DNA of 64,000 nucleotides from an uncultured Gammaproteobacteria bacterium (GCA_964448725.1 CAYVAJ010000001.1:71525-135524); one strand, 5' to 3'. Counted from the first letter of the stretch, positions 38,985-48,577 are shown. Notes: generated by a model not told the origin, from the letters alone. Translations and numbers: made by a program.

Positions 38985-41801
38985 ATGCCAGACATAATCC
39001 CAGAGCAGCAACCTGTTCAATCTTCATCAAGCGGAGTTTCTACTATGGAGAATCGTTTCCGTGCTGTTACATTAAAGCGAAATGATTTTATTAAGGAAAT
39101 AGATACGGGATTGATAATAAACGATAAAAATAAAGAGGTGGGGAGAAAAAATGAACATGTAACGTTTAGTGAGGATCTTCGCCAGCAATACTCAACATTT
39201 CTCGATAATTATGTTCGCAACCTTATTGAAATTCAGAACAAGGACAGAACGTTTTTGGAGACAAAAAGTAGAATACAAGACAAATTAATGCTTAATCTTT
39301 TATCTTCAGAAGAAAAGGACCCCCAAGGAAGAGCAATTACTACTCAAGAGGGATGGTCTCTAAGAAAGGTAGATGAGGCGAAAATCCAACAGTTTTTAGA
39401 AACTCAACAGGGATGGACGCTTGCAAATATGGCGCTTGAACAATATACCTCAATGATGATGTTTGCACTCTCACTCGAAGCATCTATTGTGCCTGAAGGA
39501 GATAGGGATAAGTTATTAAGAAATTTTAAGATTGATAATGGTATCAATCAAGGAGCGTTCTGGAAATGGGCAGCAAACAGACGTCCCCCGATCTATCCTG
39601 AAAAACCTGGTTTTTTTAAGAGAGGTAAAAGGACGGAAATTAAGCCTAACCCTGACGTACTGTTGGCGATGAAAAATAACCCTGAAGAAGCAAAGTTTAT
39701 TTGGGAGCTTACTGGAATTGATGTTGATGATTTTACCATTGATCCAGTAACTGGAGAGGTTATAGCAAATGCCGGTGTTAAGATAACTGACGCAGTTGAG
39801 GAGAAACAAAAAAGTATTATTGGAAATTTGAAGTCAAGACAGCAATTTTACGAGTCTTTAGGAATACCTTCAAAACAGTTGGACGCAATGGATTCTCAAT
39901 TTATATATAGCTATGTAAATGGAAGCTCTGAAGAAATTCCAACCCATGTACACCAAAGGATTATTGACCGTTTCAAACCAAACAGAACAATAGTTGATGC
40001 AGCAGGATTACACCCCGGTGAACCTGGTTTTGATCCTAACACCGTTAATGTAGAAGAAGTATTGCAAAAATACTTAAAGGTAAAACGAGATATATTTGTG
40101 CGGCTTGCTCAGGAAGCTGTTGCGCGGCAAGTACAAGGTACTGAAGACTTAAGTAAATCACTTACTGTAATTCGTACTGCGTTGGAAGATGTAAGAAAGG
40201 GTAGAGAGGGAACTATTGCACAGCGAAGAAATAAGGAAGCACAGGAAAGAATTGGGGTACTAGAAAAAGAAAAGCATGAGATTAGTGAAAAGAGAAGACC
40301 GTTGGAAGAGTTCGCTGAAAAACAAAAAGCAGTTCAGCAAACAGTCAAAGAACTTTCCGAATCATATGGTGTAAATATCCCTGCAGGAAGCGATTTTGAG
40401 ACAACGGTAACTACTGAACTTAATACTATTCAAAACCAGATTGAAGGAGTGACTCCTCCCGGTGGCGGAGCACGTGCAGGGGGTATTGAGCAGCAAATTG
40501 AGCAAGAAAGGCTTGCAATGCAAAATTGGATCGATACTCAAACAAATGCAGCTATTGCAGCACGTGTTGGTGCGTTGGGAGGAAGGGGAAGTCTACCTCA
40601 AAGTGAGATAACTAATATTGTAACTGGATATAGGGAGACTGCTGAGAGTTCATATGGAGCTCGTATTCAACGGTTAGAGGCGCAAAAAAGACAACTAGAA
40701 GAACGGCGGAATAATCTTAATACTCTTTTGTCTCGAAATAGAAACGCAGTTAGAGAAGAACGAGAATCTGAACAAAAAATTGTTAACCAAGCTCCAAAGG
40801 AGCTTGATGCTATGAGAGCATCGTATGAATTAGTTGTAAATTCTGCCGGGGCAACAATTACCGCAGACATGCTTGAAAACAGGAATGTTGACCAATTAAT
40901 TCCGCTATTAACTGCAGCGCCATATAATCAACCGAATACGACTCCTGAACAACAAGCTGCACTGCGTGAATTAGTTATCAGAGCAAAAACTGAACTGAAG
41001 GGAGAAAGACAAGAAGGATTTGAGCCAAGTCCAGCAAACCAGACACAAGAGTACAACGATATTATTAATCAAGCAGGTGCAACTATTACATCAAATGATC
41101 TTCTTTCTCTCTCAGATCAAGAGATTGAAAATAGGCTTACGCAACCTCCATATAATTTTCCTGCTGCAGGTATTCATGATCGTATAAATCTTGCCCGTGC
41201 AGAAGCACAAAAGAAACTGCGAATTCGTTATGCGGTACTGCTTGATGAACGGGAATCAGACCTAGGCAACCAAATCAAACAATTGGAAGATAAAATGAAA
41301 TCACAGACAAGCTTTGATAGAGAAGAGAAAATTCTACAAACAGCAGAAAGAGCGATAAGCAGGCAAGAAGAGGTATTTACTAATGCGATTGATATTGTTA
41401 GTGACATTGGTCGGTATACAAAGGTTGATCATGTGACAAATGCCGATACTACATACTCAGAGTCAGAAAGAGCAGCAGGTTATTCTAAAGGGTATTATGA
41501 ACTAATGGATTATCTTTTTTCTTATCAAGAAAACCCCGATATATCTGATAGAAATGAGTATTTTCAGGCCATTCAAGAATCACTTCCTCCTGAAAAACTT
41601 GCTGTAATTCTTAATGAGCGATTAAATCTTCGGCTAATTCCTGTTCCGCCTGGTTTTGTTGGTCCACTAGGAGCAAATATGATCAATCTTGAAAATGTAT
41701 TTCAACGAATGAGTAGAAAGAAATTATCTCCACGTGACATGCAAAGGACATTGTCAGATGTTATTATAAGATTGAAAGACGAAGCGATAGCAATAGTATG
41801 A
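38985..41801 (+). CDS. large hypothetical coiled-coil protein (938 aa)
   Basis: Long ORF with consistent codon usage and heptad-like E/K/Q-rich segments; no recognised catalytic motif. Confidence 0.5.
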   Translation: MPDIIPEQQPVQSSSSGVSTMENRFRAVTLKRNDFIKEIDTGLIINDKNKEVGRKNEHVTFSEDLRQQYSTFLDNYVRNLIEIQNKDRTFLETKSRIQDKLMLNLLSSEEKDPQGRAITTQEGWSLRKVDEAKIQQFLETQQGWTLANMALEQYTSMMMFALSLEASIVPEGDRDKLLRNFKIDNGINQGAFWKWAANRRPPIYPEKPGFFKRGKRTEIKPNPDVLLAMKNNPEEAKFIWELTGIDVDDFTIDPVTGEVIANAGVKITDAVEEKQKSIIGNLKSRQQFYESLGIPSKQLDAMDSQFIYSYVNGSSEEIPTHVHQRIIDRFKPNRTIVDAAGLHPGEPGFDPNTVNVEEVLQKYLKVKRDIFVRLAQEAVARQVQGTEDLSKSLTVIRTALEDVRKGREGTIAQRRNKEAQERIGVLEKEKHEISEKRRPLEEFAEKQKAVQQTVKELSESYGVNIPAGSDFETTVTTELNTIQNQIEGVTPPGGGARAGGIEQQIEQERLAMQNWIDTQTNAAIAARVGALGGRGSLPQSEITNIVTGYRETAESSYGARIQRLEAQKRQLEERRNNLNTLLSRNRNAVREERESEQKIVNQAPKELDAMRASYELVVNSAGATITADMLENRNVDQLIPLLTAAPYNQPNTTPEQQAALRELVIRAKTELKGERQEGFEPSPANQTQEYNDIINQAGATITSNDLLSLSDQEIENRLTQPPYNFPAAGIHDRINLARAEAQKKLRIRYAVLLDERESDLGNQIKQLEDKMKSQTSFDREEKILQTAERAISRQEEVFTNAIDIVSDIGRYTKVDHVTNADTTYSESERAAGYSKGYYELMDYLFSYQENPDISDRNEYFQAIQESLPPEKLAVILNERLNLRLIPVPPGFVGPLGANMINLENVFQRMSRKKLSPRDMQRTLSDVIIRLKDEAIAIV

Positions 41802-42160
41802 AATTAGGGACAAAGGATTTAATAAAAATATTACCGTTTGATGATCAGTTCAAGAAAGATATACTTGAACGATATGATTTTCTTGATGAAGATCAGAAGT
41901 TCAATATTCAAAATGTGGTCTGGGATACGTATAACCTCTTATTTGATATGAAACTGCAGGAAAATATTGACCTTGCACTTCAGATGGCTGCTCAAAATCA
42001 AGAAAAGTTGGATAAAGATTTTTATGATCGTGTTAAAGAGGTGACAGAGCAAGAGTTTTCGAGTGGAAGTTTTAAGTCAGTTGAACAAATGGATTTAGCG
42101 CAAACTAGAGAAAAGCTTCAAGAAATTTTACAAAAGATCGAAAGTGATGATTCCAATTAA
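41798..42160 (+). CDS. hypothetical acidic protein (120 aa), translationally coupled (ATGA overlap) to the 938-aa gene
   Basis: 4-nt overlap with the upstream stop; no recognised domain. Confidence 0.45.
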   Translation: MKLGTKDLIKILPFDDQFKKDILERYDFLDEDQKFNIQNVVWDTYNLLFDMKLQENIDLALQMAAQNQEKLDKDFYDRVKEVTEQEFSSGSFKSVEQMDLAQTREKLQEILQKIESDDSN

Positions 42161-42168
42161 CTGTTTCA

Positions 42169-42870
42169 ATGCATATACTCTTACTCATTGCTGAGTTAAT
42201 TTTCCTTTTTATAACCTCACGTTTTATTTCCAAATACCTTTTCATGCTTTTTTATAATCTCTTTAGAAAAGAGAGTGTTGCTGCGCGAGTAGTTGCATTT
42301 ATCTTTTTCCCAGGTACTCTTATCCACGAGCTTGCGCATTTTCTGATGGCAAAAACTTTATTCGTTCGTACAGGAAATATAGAATTGATGCCTGAAATAC
42401 AAGGAGATACTCTAAAATTAGGAAGCGTTCAAATTGCAAAAACTGATATTTTGAGACGTTTTTTAATTGGTGTTGCACCTCTTTTGATCGGGTCTATTCT
42501 TCTTATCATTATAATTTACTCATTTTTTAATTTTTTCCCTTTAACGAGCTTTGAATGGAGCTGGCAATATGTTTTATCAGTTCTGGTCGTGTTGTATGGA
42601 ATTTTTGTGATAACAAATACCATGTTTTCAAGTAAAAAAGATATGGAAGGAGCATTAGGCTTATTTATACTGTTAGTATTTTCTCTTTTAGTAATTTTTG
42701 TAGCTGGGAGAGGAGAGTGGGTAGTGAGAGTCATGGAAAATATTATTAACAATCCAACTATTCAGCAATATGTCAATAAAATAACTATATTCTTGTTTTT
42801 CCCAGTCATTATTAACGGTGTCGTGCTTCTCACCTACAATGGATTGAGGAAATTGAGAAAAAGGAATTAA
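42169..42870 (+). CDS. polytopic membrane protein with intramembrane HExxH motif (putative zincin-like membrane peptidase)
   Basis: FFPGTLIHELAHFLMAK within a hydrophobic helix; 5-6 predicted TM helices. Confidence 0.4.
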   Translation: MHILLLIAELIFLFITSRFISKYLFMLFYNLFRKESVAARVVAFIFFPGTLIHELAHFLMAKTLFVRTGNIELMPEIQGDTLKLGSVQIAKTDILRRFLIGVAPLLIGSILLIIIIYSFFNFFPLTSFEWSWQYVLSVLVVLYGIFVITNTMFSSKKDMEGALGLFILLVFSLLVIFVAGRGEWVVRVMENIINNPTIQQYVNKITIFLFFPVIINGVVLLTYNGLRKLRKRN

Positions 42871-43220
42871 AAACCTGGATCAATTATTATTCCTCCATCT
42901 GGATTTCCGCCAACTACATTTTGGTTAACACCTAATATTTCAAAAAAACCATTAAAAAATGCAAATGATAAGAGTATAAAAATAAGACCTATTATTGCAA
43001 ATGTTAATGTTTTTTTTGCAGAGCTGATTGCTTCAGGATCTCCTTGAGATGTAACAAATCTAATACCTGATATGATAATAAAATATAGAGCAACAATTGA
43101 TGACAGTATTATTGCAGCATTAATTAGATTTGAAAAAAGAGGCCAGATACAGCGAAGTGTCGCTACTTGTGCTTCACCCCCCTCTAAGCATCCTTCCCAT
43201 GGTCGTGTAAACAAATCCAT
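42867..43220 (-). CDS. T4SS pilin-like protein (CPR-type VirB2/TrbC-like), paralog 1
   Basis: Shared C-terminal motif IISGIRFVTSQGDPEAISSAKKTLTFAIIGLIFILLSF. Its stop overlaps the stop of the convergent gene (TTAA). Confidence 0.5.
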   Translation of the reverse strand: MDLFTRPWEGCLEGGEAQVATLRCIWPLFSNLINAAIILSSIVALYFIIISGIRFVTSQGDPEAISSAKKTLTFAIIGLIFILLSFAFFNGFFEILGVNQNVVGGNPDGGIIIDPGF

Positions 43221-43284
43221 AAAATAATTATAGTAACTTGCTCGGAAAAAATCTATTTATAATCGAAAGGTAAAAGGATAAAAA

Positions 43285-43719
43285 TTAATCAGTAATTTCA
43301 ACTTGATTTGGTATTAACTTTGGAATTTCAAGTGTATTAATTGATCCTAGCCCAAATATTTCAAGCACAAAATTTAAAATAACATACGCAAGAATCACAA
43401 GGATAAGGCCAATAATAGCAGCAATAATTTGTCCTCGTGCCTCAGAAACTTTTTCTTTATCTCCGCCTGAGACAATCCATTTAATACCACCCCAAATAAG
43501 CCAAATGAGTGCAGCAAGTATTGCAATAAAGAAAAGAGCATTGATTGCAAATCGTACTACTGTATTAATATCCAAATCTATCCCAAACATACCAGGTGGG
43601 CGTAGGTCTACCTTCTCATTACCATCAATTACTGGTTGAGCAAATGCAGGGACTACTGTTTGAAGGTAGACTGCGCTGGAAAGAGTAAGTGCGCCTAGTG
43701 GTCTGAATAATTTTTTCAT
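43285..43719 (-). CDS. T4SS pilin-like protein, paralog 2 (with signal peptide)
   Basis: MKKLFRPLGALTLSSAVYLQTVVPAFAQ signal peptide, then WGGIKWIVSGGDKEKVSEARGQIIAAIIGLILVILAY. Confidence 0.6.
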   Translation of the reverse strand: MKKLFRPLGALTLSSAVYLQTVVPAFAQPVIDGNEKVDLRPPGMFGIDLDINTVVRFAINALFFIAILAALIWLIWGGIKWIVSGGDKEKVSEARGQIIAAIIGLILVILAYVILNFVLEIFGLGSINTLEIPKLIPNQVEITD

Positions 43720-43810
43720 GTCTATATTTATTAGAGCAGTTTTTAAAATGCTTGTCAATAGAGTAATTTATTATCTGTTAGGAAAGGTTAACTCTTAAGT
43801 AATTAAATCC

Positions 43811-44182
43811 CTAGTCAGTACGTGTAAACGGGAATATGCTAATGCCCATAATGCTCCCGACTGTGCTTACTATAACAAACGAGAGAAGGATAACAATAAT
43901 TCCAATGATCGCATAGATGATTGTTTTACGGGCTTTATCAAGTTTTTCTTTGTCGCCACCAGATGTGATCCAGATAATGCCTCCCCTAATGAGGAAAACT
44001 AATGTAACAATTATACCGATAAAGAAAAGAGCGGATATGCCAAAGTTAATAATATCACTTAGCCCAAGCTGATCTTCTAGACTCAAAGGATCTTGAATTG
44101 GTTGATCCTGTCCTGGTAATTTGAGGGCGAGTAATTTTTCTTTCATACTATCTAGTAAAGCCTGGATAGAAAAAAATGTCAA
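43811..44182 (-). CDS. T4SS pilin-like protein, paralog 3
   Basis: IRGGIIWITSGGDKEKLDKARKTIIYAIIGIIVILLSF. TTG start at 44182, or ATG at 44146. Confidence 0.55.
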   Translation of the reverse strand: MTFFSIQALLDSMKEKLLALKLPGQDQPIQDPLSLEDQLGLSDIINFGISALFFIGIIVTLVFLIRGGIIWITSGGDKEKLDKARKTIIYAIIGIIVILLSFVIVSTVGSIMGISIFPFTRTD

Positions 44183-44214
44183 TATAGATGTATGAAAATG
44201 ATAGATAATATTTG

Positions 44215-44237
44215 ACGCCTGCGATTAGCAGGCGTCT
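44215..44237 (-). terminator. perfect hairpin downstream of the lipoprotein gene
   Basis: GACGCCTGCgattaGCAGGCGTC: 9-bp stem, 5-nt loop. The flanking U-run is weak. Confidence 0.35.
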
Positions 44238-44242
44238 GAAAG

Positions 44243-44809
44243 TTACCGATCTGGTAGTGCTTGAAAAGAGGCAAGCATCCTGGGAATTATCCCATTTTCA
44301 GTATATTTCTCAATACTGCCTGGTATTCCTTGGAATCTTACCTCGACTGCTCCATGCGTGCCTTGAGGATCTGTTCCTGTAATTATTGCGATTAAGAACT
44401 CATCCCCTTCGCTTGTTATCCCTTCTAGGATCTGAATATCTCCGTTTTGTTCTTCTCGGATAACATCAATGCGGCTAGAACTTGGACTTCTGAGATAGTA
44501 TGCTATATAACAGTCTCTCCAATCTTTTAAAGTTCCACCATCTGCTTCAATGTCATCAAGCTTACAATGACTTGTAGTTGCAGAGCCGAATCCAACCCTA
44601 AAGACCGATTTGTCACTGTCTGGAGGGATGATGTATGTATATCGACCTTGAGATTCCTCTTTCCAGGATAGAGGCCTATCAAGGGTTACCCTATAGAACA
44701 TCATTGTATACCACTCTTCCTTGGAGGTACTGTTATTCACAGCGCCTTCTGCGTTACTACCACACGCAGCAAGTAGAAGTATGGACAGAACAGCAAAAAA
44801 CCGTACCAT
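44243..44809 (-). CDS. lipoprotein, hypothetical
   Basis: MVRFFAVLSILLLAACGSN lipobox. Own promoter TTGACT-16-TATACT, a ~100-nt leader and a good SD (AAGGAGA). GC looks higher than neighbouring genes. Confidence 0.55.
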   Translation of the reverse strand: MVRFFAVLSILLLAACGSNAEGAVNNSTSKEEWYTMMFYRVTLDRPLSWKEESQGRYTYIIPPDSDKSVFRVGFGSATTSHCKLDDIEADGGTLKDWRDCYIAYYLRSPSSSRIDVIREEQNGDIQILEGITSEGDEFLIAIITGTDPQGTHGAVEVRFQGIPGSIEKYTENGIIPRMLASFQALPDR

Positions 44810-44959
44810 CGTCTGTCTCCTTTCTGAAGAAGTCGTACAATGTGGCGAAAGGTACAACCGACACGGTGTTAACGAGCAAGATAGGAAGAATTTGTTGCCT
44901 CTCTTCCAAATCTTTGTGATAGTATAACAGAAATCTACAACAAGTCAATACTATAGGTT

Positions 44960-46675
44960 TTATCTTGAGAAGCCTGGAAGAGCTAGAATATCGACACCGA
45001 TTATTTCCAGTATAGAGATAGAGAGTATAAGGAAAATAAGTCCAGTTACAGCAGATATAAGAATTTCACGTGCATGACCAATCTTTTCTTTATCTCCTCG
45101 TGAAGTCATAAGGATATATCCTGAATATATAGCGAAGATAAAAGCTGCTACAGTAGCTACACCTAGTAACCATTTTCCCAATGTTGCAATAAATTCTATT
45201 GGTTTTGTGCCAAATGGCCCAATTGCAGTAGCAAATGAAGCACAACGATAAAATTGGGTAGGATCATCAGTTCCCTTATCATTTATATCTACCCATTGAT
45301 TACATGGAAGTGGGCTGTTTTTATCCTCGTCTAGTGCATATATTAACTCTGATTGATTGGGATCAGCTTCTATCTCGTTCGTTTTTATATACGCATTTAG
45401 TACTCCTTGACTATTTTCTCCATGCTCAAGTACGACAAGAATTGGAATATGATAGTATGTAAATCCACCCTGACAATTATCCGTCCTCCAGAAAGAAGTG
45501 TCATTTATCTGTTCATTAATTTTTAGTAGGTAATTTCCGGCCAGAAGCGGTTGTCCATTTGGCTCATTACGTGAAATAATTGTTGAGTTATTATTGAAGT
45601 GGGTCATGAGGGAACCTGTTACTTGGTCTCCAGTTAAGTCACCGCAAAACTCATTTTTGTAATTATTTCCTATACCCTCAAGAACAATTTGAAAATTATT
45701 TACTTTGTTGCCTCCTACTTTAATTTTTTGGCTCAGTCCTATTATTAAAGGATTCTGAGCAGGAATATTTTCGGAAGCATTTTTTTGTTCTTGTCCGTTA
45801 ATAAACAACTTTCCTTTACTAACTGATAATTGTGTTCCAGTAAATATGTTGACTGTAGGATAATTTCTTCTTACATAAAATTCAGCTACTTGAATTGGTG
45901 AGCTCGTGTCTTTATCAAATAAGCTAACCCTATAGATACTTCCTTCATGAAAATAATCTTTTTTTGTATCACAATTTTCTCCAGAAGGCTCTTTTACGGC
46001 ATCAGGTCCATCCCCACACAATGCCGGTAAATCAAGGATATTATTTGTAGTGGACTTTGTTTTTTTCTTTTGACTGCGCTCACATTTTTCTATATCTGAT
46101 TCAAAGCAAACTTCATATTCGCTACTAGAAAGTCCAAAAAAACTTACTGAAACTTCCGGAGTGTATCCATTAATTTCTTCTGGAGGAGGGAGAATTTCAT
46201 ATCCAAAATCGGCAGGATTTGTTGATCTTGCTGGAAGAGGAGTAGGATTGACAATATCTGATGAAGTACTTGGTAATACTTGGATACTGGCTTTACAACC
46301 TTCATGTGTTGTTACTCCACCTCGTTGATTTATAGAGCCTTCTGATACATATACAAAAAGATCATAGCTCCCTGGTCCCAATTGCTCAGAAAATTCATAA
46401 TTAGATTGATTTGTGTACTCATTCTCGAAGTCGACATTTTTACCTTTTATTGTTAATGGGAATGTTGGAAGCTGATTTGTCCCTCTTCCGATATTGGAGC
46501 TTTGGGGTAAAATTGAGATATTATAAGGTTTTCCAAATTCAACTTGACTAGGAGCCTGAATTGTGCAAGTATGATCTGCATCTGTATGAGGAATATGATA
46601 AAAAAGGAAAAAGCTAGTAACTACTAGAAATATGGGTATAATAATAAAAGTTATTTTAGAATATACACGCCTCAT
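44960..46675 (-). CDS. large (571 aa) protein with N-terminal TM, ~480-aa extracellular region and C-terminal T4SS-pilin-like domain (paralog 4)
   Basis: C-terminal YSGYILMTSRGDKEKIGHAREILISAVTGLIFLILSI matches the motif of the three small paralogs. Confidence 0.6.
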   Translation of the reverse strand: MRRVYSKITFIIIPIFLVVTSFFLFYHIPHTDADHTCTIQAPSQVEFGKPYNISILPQSSNIGRGTNQLPTFPLTIKGKNVDFENEYTNQSNYEFSEQLGPGSYDLFVYVSEGSINQRGGVTTHEGCKASIQVLPSTSSDIVNPTPLPARSTNPADFGYEILPPPEEINGYTPEVSVSFFGLSSSEYEVCFESDIEKCERSQKKKTKSTTNNILDLPALCGDGPDAVKEPSGENCDTKKDYFHEGSIYRVSLFDKDTSSPIQVAEFYVRRNYPTVNIFTGTQLSVSKGKLFINGQEQKNASENIPAQNPLIIGLSQKIKVGGNKVNNFQIVLEGIGNNYKNEFCGDLTGDQVTGSLMTHFNNNSTIISRNEPNGQPLLAGNYLLKINEQINDTSFWRTDNCQGGFTYYHIPILVVLEHGENSQGVLNAYIKTNEIEADPNQSELIYALDEDKNSPLPCNQWVDINDKGTDDPTQFYRCASFATAIGPFGTKPIEFIATLGKWLLGVATVAAFIFAIYSGYILMTSRGDKEKIGHAREILISAVTGLIFLILSISILEIIGVDILALPGFSR

Positions 46676-46722
46676 CCTTATTATTGTATAGGGATTTTTA
46701 GTACAAATGCAATAAATTAAAC

Positions 46723-48033
46723 TTATTCAGCAAATTTTATACCTTTTCCTTTCACTGTGAGGATATATTGAGGATTATTTGGATCTGATTCTATTTTTTT
46801 GCGTAGCCTATAGACTATCTGATCGAGTGCTTGGTCTGTTACCCCTGCTTGAGTTTTTGAATCAGTCCAAACAGCATTAATAATCTCTTCTTTCTCAGAG
46901 GTCCTTCCTTTATGTATCAATAGATGCTTAAGGAGACGGAATTCAGATGGTGTAAGCGTATCGGTAATATTGACAGACCCTTTGTAAATTTCATTTTGTT
47001 CTTCTTGAAAAGAAAACGGTTCTTTTTCCTCTTTTATAGTTGCTATATATGCTTCAAAAAGTGGAATAGTGATTTCTCCATCGGCAATAAGTCCGACAAG
47101 TTCGAGAAATTTCAATTCATCGTTATGATTATGTAAATGTTTTACTCCGTGTTGTTCCTCAGGTGTGAGATAGTTCCAGATTTCCGTAAGTGCACCACGC
47201 ATTTGTCGGTGTCCAAGTAAATATTTCTCAAAATCCTGAGGAGATTCATTCTCTGAAAGAATGGCTTCATAAGCAATTTTAACGAGCTTGCCATGGCCGC
47301 CAGTGAGTTGTATGAGCTTCTCTCGTGCTTTTTCGTTTTTCTTTCCAGCTACTGTCTCAATATAATTGAGTCTGAAATCAGGCTCATTAGGATGTGCGAT
47401 TTGCATAAATACTGAGTTTCCGATTAAAAATTCATAGAATTCTGAAAGAGTAGAGAGGTCGATAAGTAAATCTATCGGACGTGAGAGTGCAAAAATACAC
47501 GCAAATTTGTATTTTGCCCTGTTCCGTAGTATTTTCAGATTGACAAAAAATTGCTCAGTAAGATCTTGTGTGTATTGATCAAGTCTGTCTATGAGGAATA
47601 TAACAGACATGCCTTTTTCAAGCGCAAGATAATCTATTGATTTTTTTAGGGCTTGAAAGAGGATCAGTTCGTCATTGAACTCAAGTGCCTCTTTTAAAAA
47701 ACTATTGACCTGAGTACTTTCAGTAATCATTCCTCGCTCACTTAACGAGTATGCAAGAGAAATGAGTATAAATTTTGTAACATCTGATAATGGACGATTG
47801 CGGACTTCTGAAAAATCCATATATACAAAATGGTATTTTTCCTGAGCATCTTTTAAATGAAATTCTCGTACTTTACGGTTATAGGCAAGTAGCCTGAGAA
47901 GGCGACTTTTACCTACACCAGGAAGGCCAAGAATTTGGCACGACGCACCTTTTGTAATAAAGCCAATGGTTTTATTGATCTCTTCATGCAAGGAATTTTC
48001 AGGATAGAGTGATTCAAAATATTTAGGGTCCAT
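46723..48033 (-). CDS. P-loop ATPase (AAA/NACHT-like) fused to a C-terminal OmpR/PhoB-type winged-helix DNA-binding domain
   Basis: Walker A ILGLPGVGKSRLLRLLA and Walker B VIFLIDRLDQ. C-terminus TDQALDQIVYRLRKKIESDPNNPQYILTVKGKGIKF matches trans_reg_C. Confidence 0.6.
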   Translation of the reverse strand: MDPKYFESLYPENSLHEEINKTIGFITKGASCQILGLPGVGKSRLLRLLAYNRKVREFHLKDAQEKYHFVYMDFSEVRNRPLSDVTKFILISLAYSLSERGMITESTQVNSFLKEALEFNDELILFQALKKSIDYLALEKGMSVIFLIDRLDQYTQDLTEQFFVNLKILRNRAKYKFACIFALSRPIDLLIDLSTLSEFYEFLIGNSVFMQIAHPNEPDFRLNYIETVAGKKNEKAREKLIQLTGGHGKLVKIAYEAILSENESPQDFEKYLLGHRQMRGALTEIWNYLTPEEQHGVKHLHNHNDELKFLELVGLIADGEITIPLFEAYIATIKEEKEPFSFQEEQNEIYKGSVNITDTLTPSEFRLLKHLLIHKGRTSEKEEIINAVWTDSKTQAGVTDQALDQIVYRLRKKIESDPNNPQYILTVKGKGIKFAE

Positions 48034-48094
48034 AAGTTAATTTGAAGTTTTCAATTTTTAATTTTAAACAAAACTTAAATCATTAAATTTGAAA

Positions 48095-48451
48095 TTATTT
48101 AGTATTAATTGCTATTTTTGAAAAAATAAGAGTAAGTTCTTGAGCTTCTTTCCAATGTATATTGCATTGCTTAGTTAGTTCTGGAACTGCTCTGATAAGT
48201 ATACGTAACCAGTATTTTGTCTCTTTTGCCTCCTTTTTACAAATAAATATTTTATTTTTAAAATCCTTCTTGCTACTTGCCCCGTTTGCTTCACAATAAT
48301 TTGCTCCTATACTTGTCCCAGATCGTACTAGTTGATTAATAATTGGCGTTACAATTACATTCTTTGGTGCTATTTTACATAAATCTATAATATTTTCAGC
48401 AAAACAGGCTGTTCTTTCTTCTAAGTCATAATTATTTGATATTTTACTCAT
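48095..48451 (-). CDS. four-helix-bundle protein (23S rRNA IVS protein / Avd-like family)
   Basis: VRSGTSIGANYCEANGASSKKDFKNKIFICKKEAKETKYWLRI is the family signature. Confidence 0.75.
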   Translation of the reverse strand: MSKISNNYDLEERTACFAENIIDLCKIAPKNVIVTPIINQLVRSGTSIGANYCEANGASSKKDFKNKIFICKKEAKETKYWLRILIRAVPELTKQCNIHWKEAQELTLIFSKIAINTK

Positions 48452-48577
48452 TGAAAATTCATTTCAAATATTAAATTTCAAATTAAAAATTTATCTATAT
48501 TCTACCTCATTTTTATAAGGAAGTTGTGAAGATTGTATCAAGTATGAATATTAGACACATCTTACAATAGCAATACT

